Shown here piece by piece: positions 61,463-64,000 of a stretch of 64,000 nucleotides of DNA. Below the pieces are notes generated by a model. That model was not told the DNA's origin and made no database searches. It saw nothing but the letters and a program-made list of their open reading frames with translations. Both the position numbers and the translations under genes were made by a program. This DNA comes from Alphaproteobacteria bacterium (lineage in GTDB: Bacteria; Pseudomonadota; Alphaproteobacteria; UBA2966): assembly GCA_964291395.2 (NCBI GenBank), contig OZ219856.1:1920001-1984000 (forward strand), in the 5' to 3' direction. The stretch's first letter is position 1; each line of letters opens with the position of its first letter.

Positions 61463-62940
61463 TCGCCGCGCATTACGCCGCCCTCCAGGTCGTCGCACCG
61501 CTCATCGCGGCACCGCTCTGCGTGCTGCTGCGCCGGGGCATCCTGGCCTGGCTGGTCACCGTCGCCATTTCGTGGATCGCGCTCGGCATCGCCATCCAGC
61601 TCCTGATCCAGGTGCTGGCGACGGGCACCATCTCCTACGAACTCGGCGGGTGGGCCGCGCCGTGGGGCATCGAGTACCGGGTCGATTCGGTCAACGCCTT
61701 CGTCCTGTTGATCGTCTCGGGCATCTCGGCGGTCACCGCGCCTTACGCCCACAAGACGGTCGTCAAGGAGATCCCCGAGGACCGCCACTACCTGTTCTAT
61801 TCCGCCTATCTCCTGTGCCTCACGGGACTCTTGGGCATCACCATCACCGGCGACGCGTTCAACGTCTTCGTGTTCCTCGAGATCTCCTCGCTGTCGTCCT
61901 ACGTGCTGATCAGCCTGGGCAGCGAACGCAAGGCCCTGACGGCGGCCTACCAGTACCTCGTCATGGGCACCATCGGCGCCACCTTCTTCCTGATCGGCGT
62001 CGGGCTGATCTACGCCATGACGGGCACGCTCAACATGGCGGACATCGCAACGCGCCTCGACGCCGTCGAGAATACCCGGACGGTCCTGGCCGCGTTCGCG
62101 TTCATCACCGTGGGGCTCGGTCTCAAGCTCGCCCTGTTCCCCCTGCACCTTTGGCTGCCCAACGCCTACGCGTACGCCCCGTCCGCCGTGACCGTGCTGC
62201 TGGCCGCGACGGCCACGAAGGTGGCGATCTACACGATGCTGCGCTTCGTGTTCACGCTGTTCGGCTCGGATTTCGCCCTCGACGTGACGTTCCTCGCGGA
62301 GTTCCTGATGGCGCTCGCCCTGGTGGGCGTTTTCGCCGCCTCGATCACGGCGATCTTCCAGAACAACGTGAAGCGCATGCTGGCTTACTCCAGCGTCGCG
62401 CAGGTCGGCTACATGTTGCTGGGCGTCAGCTTCTTCTCGGTGACGGGCCTGACGGGAGGCATCGTTCACCTGTTCAACCACGCCATCATGAAGGGAGCGC
62501 TGTTCATGGCGCTCGGCGCGGTGTTCTACCGATTGGGCTCGGTCCACATCGACCGCATGCGGGGACTCGGCAAGCAGATGCCGCTCACCATGTTCGCCTT
62601 CGTGCTCGGCGGACTGAGTCTGATCGGCCTGCCCCTTACCGTGGGCTTCATCAGCAAGTGGTACCTGATCCTCGCGGCGCTCGAGCGCGGCTGGTGGCCG
62701 ATCGCCGGTCTGATCCTGCTGAGCTCGCTGCTGGCGGTCGCCTACATCTGGCGCGTGGTCGAAGCGGCTTATTTCCGCGACCCGGCGCCCCACCACCCAC
62801 GCGCGACGGAGGCGCCGCCCGCCCTGCTCGTGCCCACCTGGATCCTGGTACTCGCCAATTTCTATTTCGGCATCGATACGTCGGTCACGGTCGGGATCGC
62901 CGACAACGCCGCCAAGGTCCTGCTGGGATCGGGCGGATGA
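61459..62940 (+). CDS. mrpD: Na+/H+ antiporter subunit D
   Basis: TGDAFNVFVFLEI, HLWLPNAY, KRMLAYSS, GFISKW. Confidence 0.92.
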   Translation: MIAAHYAALQVVAPLIAAPLCVLLRRGILAWLVTVAISWIALGIAIQLLIQVLATGTISYELGGWAAPWGIEYRVDSVNAFVLLIVSGISAVTAPYAHKTVVKEIPEDRHYLFYSAYLLCLTGLLGITITGDAFNVFVFLEISSLSSYVLISLGSERKALTAAYQYLVMGTIGATFFLIGVGLIYAMTGTLNMADIATRLDAVENTRTVLAAFAFITVGLGLKLALFPLHLWLPNAYAYAPSAVTVLLAATATKVAIYTMLRFVFTLFGSDFALDVTFLAEFLMALALVGVFAASITAIFQNNVKRMLAYSSVAQVGYMLLGVSFFSVTGLTGGIVHLFNHAIMKGALFMALGAVFYRLGSVHIDRMRGLGKQMPLTMFAFVLGGLSLIGLPLTVGFISKWYLILAALERGWWPIAGLILLSSLLAVAYIWRVVEAAYFRDPAPHHPRATEAPPALLVPTWILVLANFYFGIDTSVTVGIADNAAKVLLGSGG

Positions 62941-64000
62941 CCGGCGAACTGGCCATGGTCGTCGCGGTCCTGGCGCCTCTGGCGGGGGCCGTGCTGATCG
63001 CCGCGTCCCACCGTCATCCCAACCGGCGGGAGACGGCCACCCTGGTAACCGCCGTTGCGCTTTTCATCCTCGTGCTGCCGCTGCTCGAGCCGGTGATGGC
63101 GGGCGAGCGTCCGGGCACCACTCTGTGGGAGATCATCCCGGGCATCTCCATCAGCCTCGAGGCCGAACCGCTGGGCATGGTGTTCGCTCTGGTGGCGAGC
63201 TTCCTGTGGATCGTCACGTCGGTCTACTCCATCGGGTACATGCGCGGACACCACGAGGAGAACCAGACCCGGTTCTACGTCTGCTTCGCGATCGCGATTT
63301 CGAGCGCCATCGGCGTGGCCTTCGCCGCCAACATGTTCACTCTGTTCATCTTTTACGAGGTACTGACCCTGTCCACCTATCCGCTGGTGACGCACCACGG
63401 AACCGATGAGGCCCGGCGGGGCGGGCGTACCTACCTCGGGCTATTGCTGTTCACCTCCATCGGCTTCCAGCTCCTCGCCATCGTGTGGACGTGGTCCATC
63501 ACCGGCACGCTCGACTTCACGGTAGGCGGCATTTTCGAGGACAAGGTCAATCCGACGCTGATCGGAATTCTTCTGCTCCTGTACATGTTCGGGATTGGCA
63601 AAGCGGCGCTCATGCCATTTCACCGCTGGCTGCCCGCGGCCATGGTCGCTCCCACTCCTGTCAGCGCCTTGCTGCACGCGGTGGCAGTCGTCAAAGCCGG
63701 CGTGTTCACCGTGCTCAAGGTCACAGTCTATGTCTTCGGGATCGATTTGTTGGCCGATGTCCATGCCAAAGACCTCCTGCTATACGTCGCCGCGTTCACC
63801 ATCATCGCCGCCTCGCTCATCGCAATCAGAGAAGACAACCTGAAGCGGCGTCTTGCCTATTCAACGGTCAGCCAGCTTTCCTACGTCGTACTCGGAGGTA
63901 TGCTCGTCAACGAGATCAGCGTGATCGGAGGCGGCATGCACATCGCCATGCATGCGTTCGGCAAGATCACCCTGTTCTTCTGCGCCGGCGCGATTCTGGT
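62937..64000 (+). CDS. mrpD: Second MrpD/MrpA-like subunit, truncated by the window end
   Basis: ATG 62937 overlaps the mrpD stop. Motifs FIFYE, WLPAAMVAPTPVSALLHAVAVVKAG and LKRRLAYST. Confidence 0.88.
   Translation, partial: MTGELAMVVAVLAPLAGAVLIAASHRHPNRRETATLVTAVALFILVLPLLEPVMAGERPGTTLWEIIPGISISLEAEPLGMVFALVASFLWIVTSVYSIGYMRGHHEENQTRFYVCFAIAISSAIGVAFAANMFTLFIFYEVLTLSTYPLVTHHGTDEARRGGRTYLGLLLFTSIGFQLLAIVWTWSITGTLDFTVGGIFEDKVNPTLIGILLLLYMFGIGKAALMPFHRWLPAAMVAPTPVSALLHAVAVVKAGVFTVLKVTVYVFGIDLLADVHAKDLLLYVAAFTIIAASLIAIREDNLKRRLAYSTVSQLSYVVLGGMLVNEISVIGGGMHIAMHAFGKITLFFCAGAIL

Noticed and set aside
1-64000. selA, selB, selC or selD genes
   Set aside because: Looked for and not found in this window. 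The two tRNAs are Arg and Pro, so Sec machinery must be verified elsewhere in the genome.

Overview
This is a GC-rich alphaproteobacterial (Rhodospirillales-like, inferred from gene content and synteny) chromosomal segment. It carries catabolic, sulfur-metabolism and transport genes: a Rieske oxygenase cluster, cuyA/comDE/cysK/sseA, aapJQMP-metC, hisI, znuABC, TRAP systems, a TPP-riboswitch thiZXY-type ABC transporter and an mrp operon. It also holds two tRNAs, several pseudogene or IS remnants, and a lower-GC island of about 11 kb next to tRNA-Arg(UCU). The main finding is two divergent paralogs of a linalool dehydratase/isomerase (LinD)-like gene (7131-8648 minus, 47191-48735 plus). The ORF track splits each in two, but each has one in-frame UGA at codon 224, aligned to the second catalytic Cys of LinD (C-E-x7-C becomes C-E-x7-UGA). 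Each UGA is followed by a hairpin, identical in both copies, whose GGUCUG loop lies at the same offset as in the E. coli fdhF SECIS. This points to a probable selenocysteine-containing hydratase/isomerase family that I do not know to be described. All family assignments come from motif recognition and recalled sequences, not from database searches.
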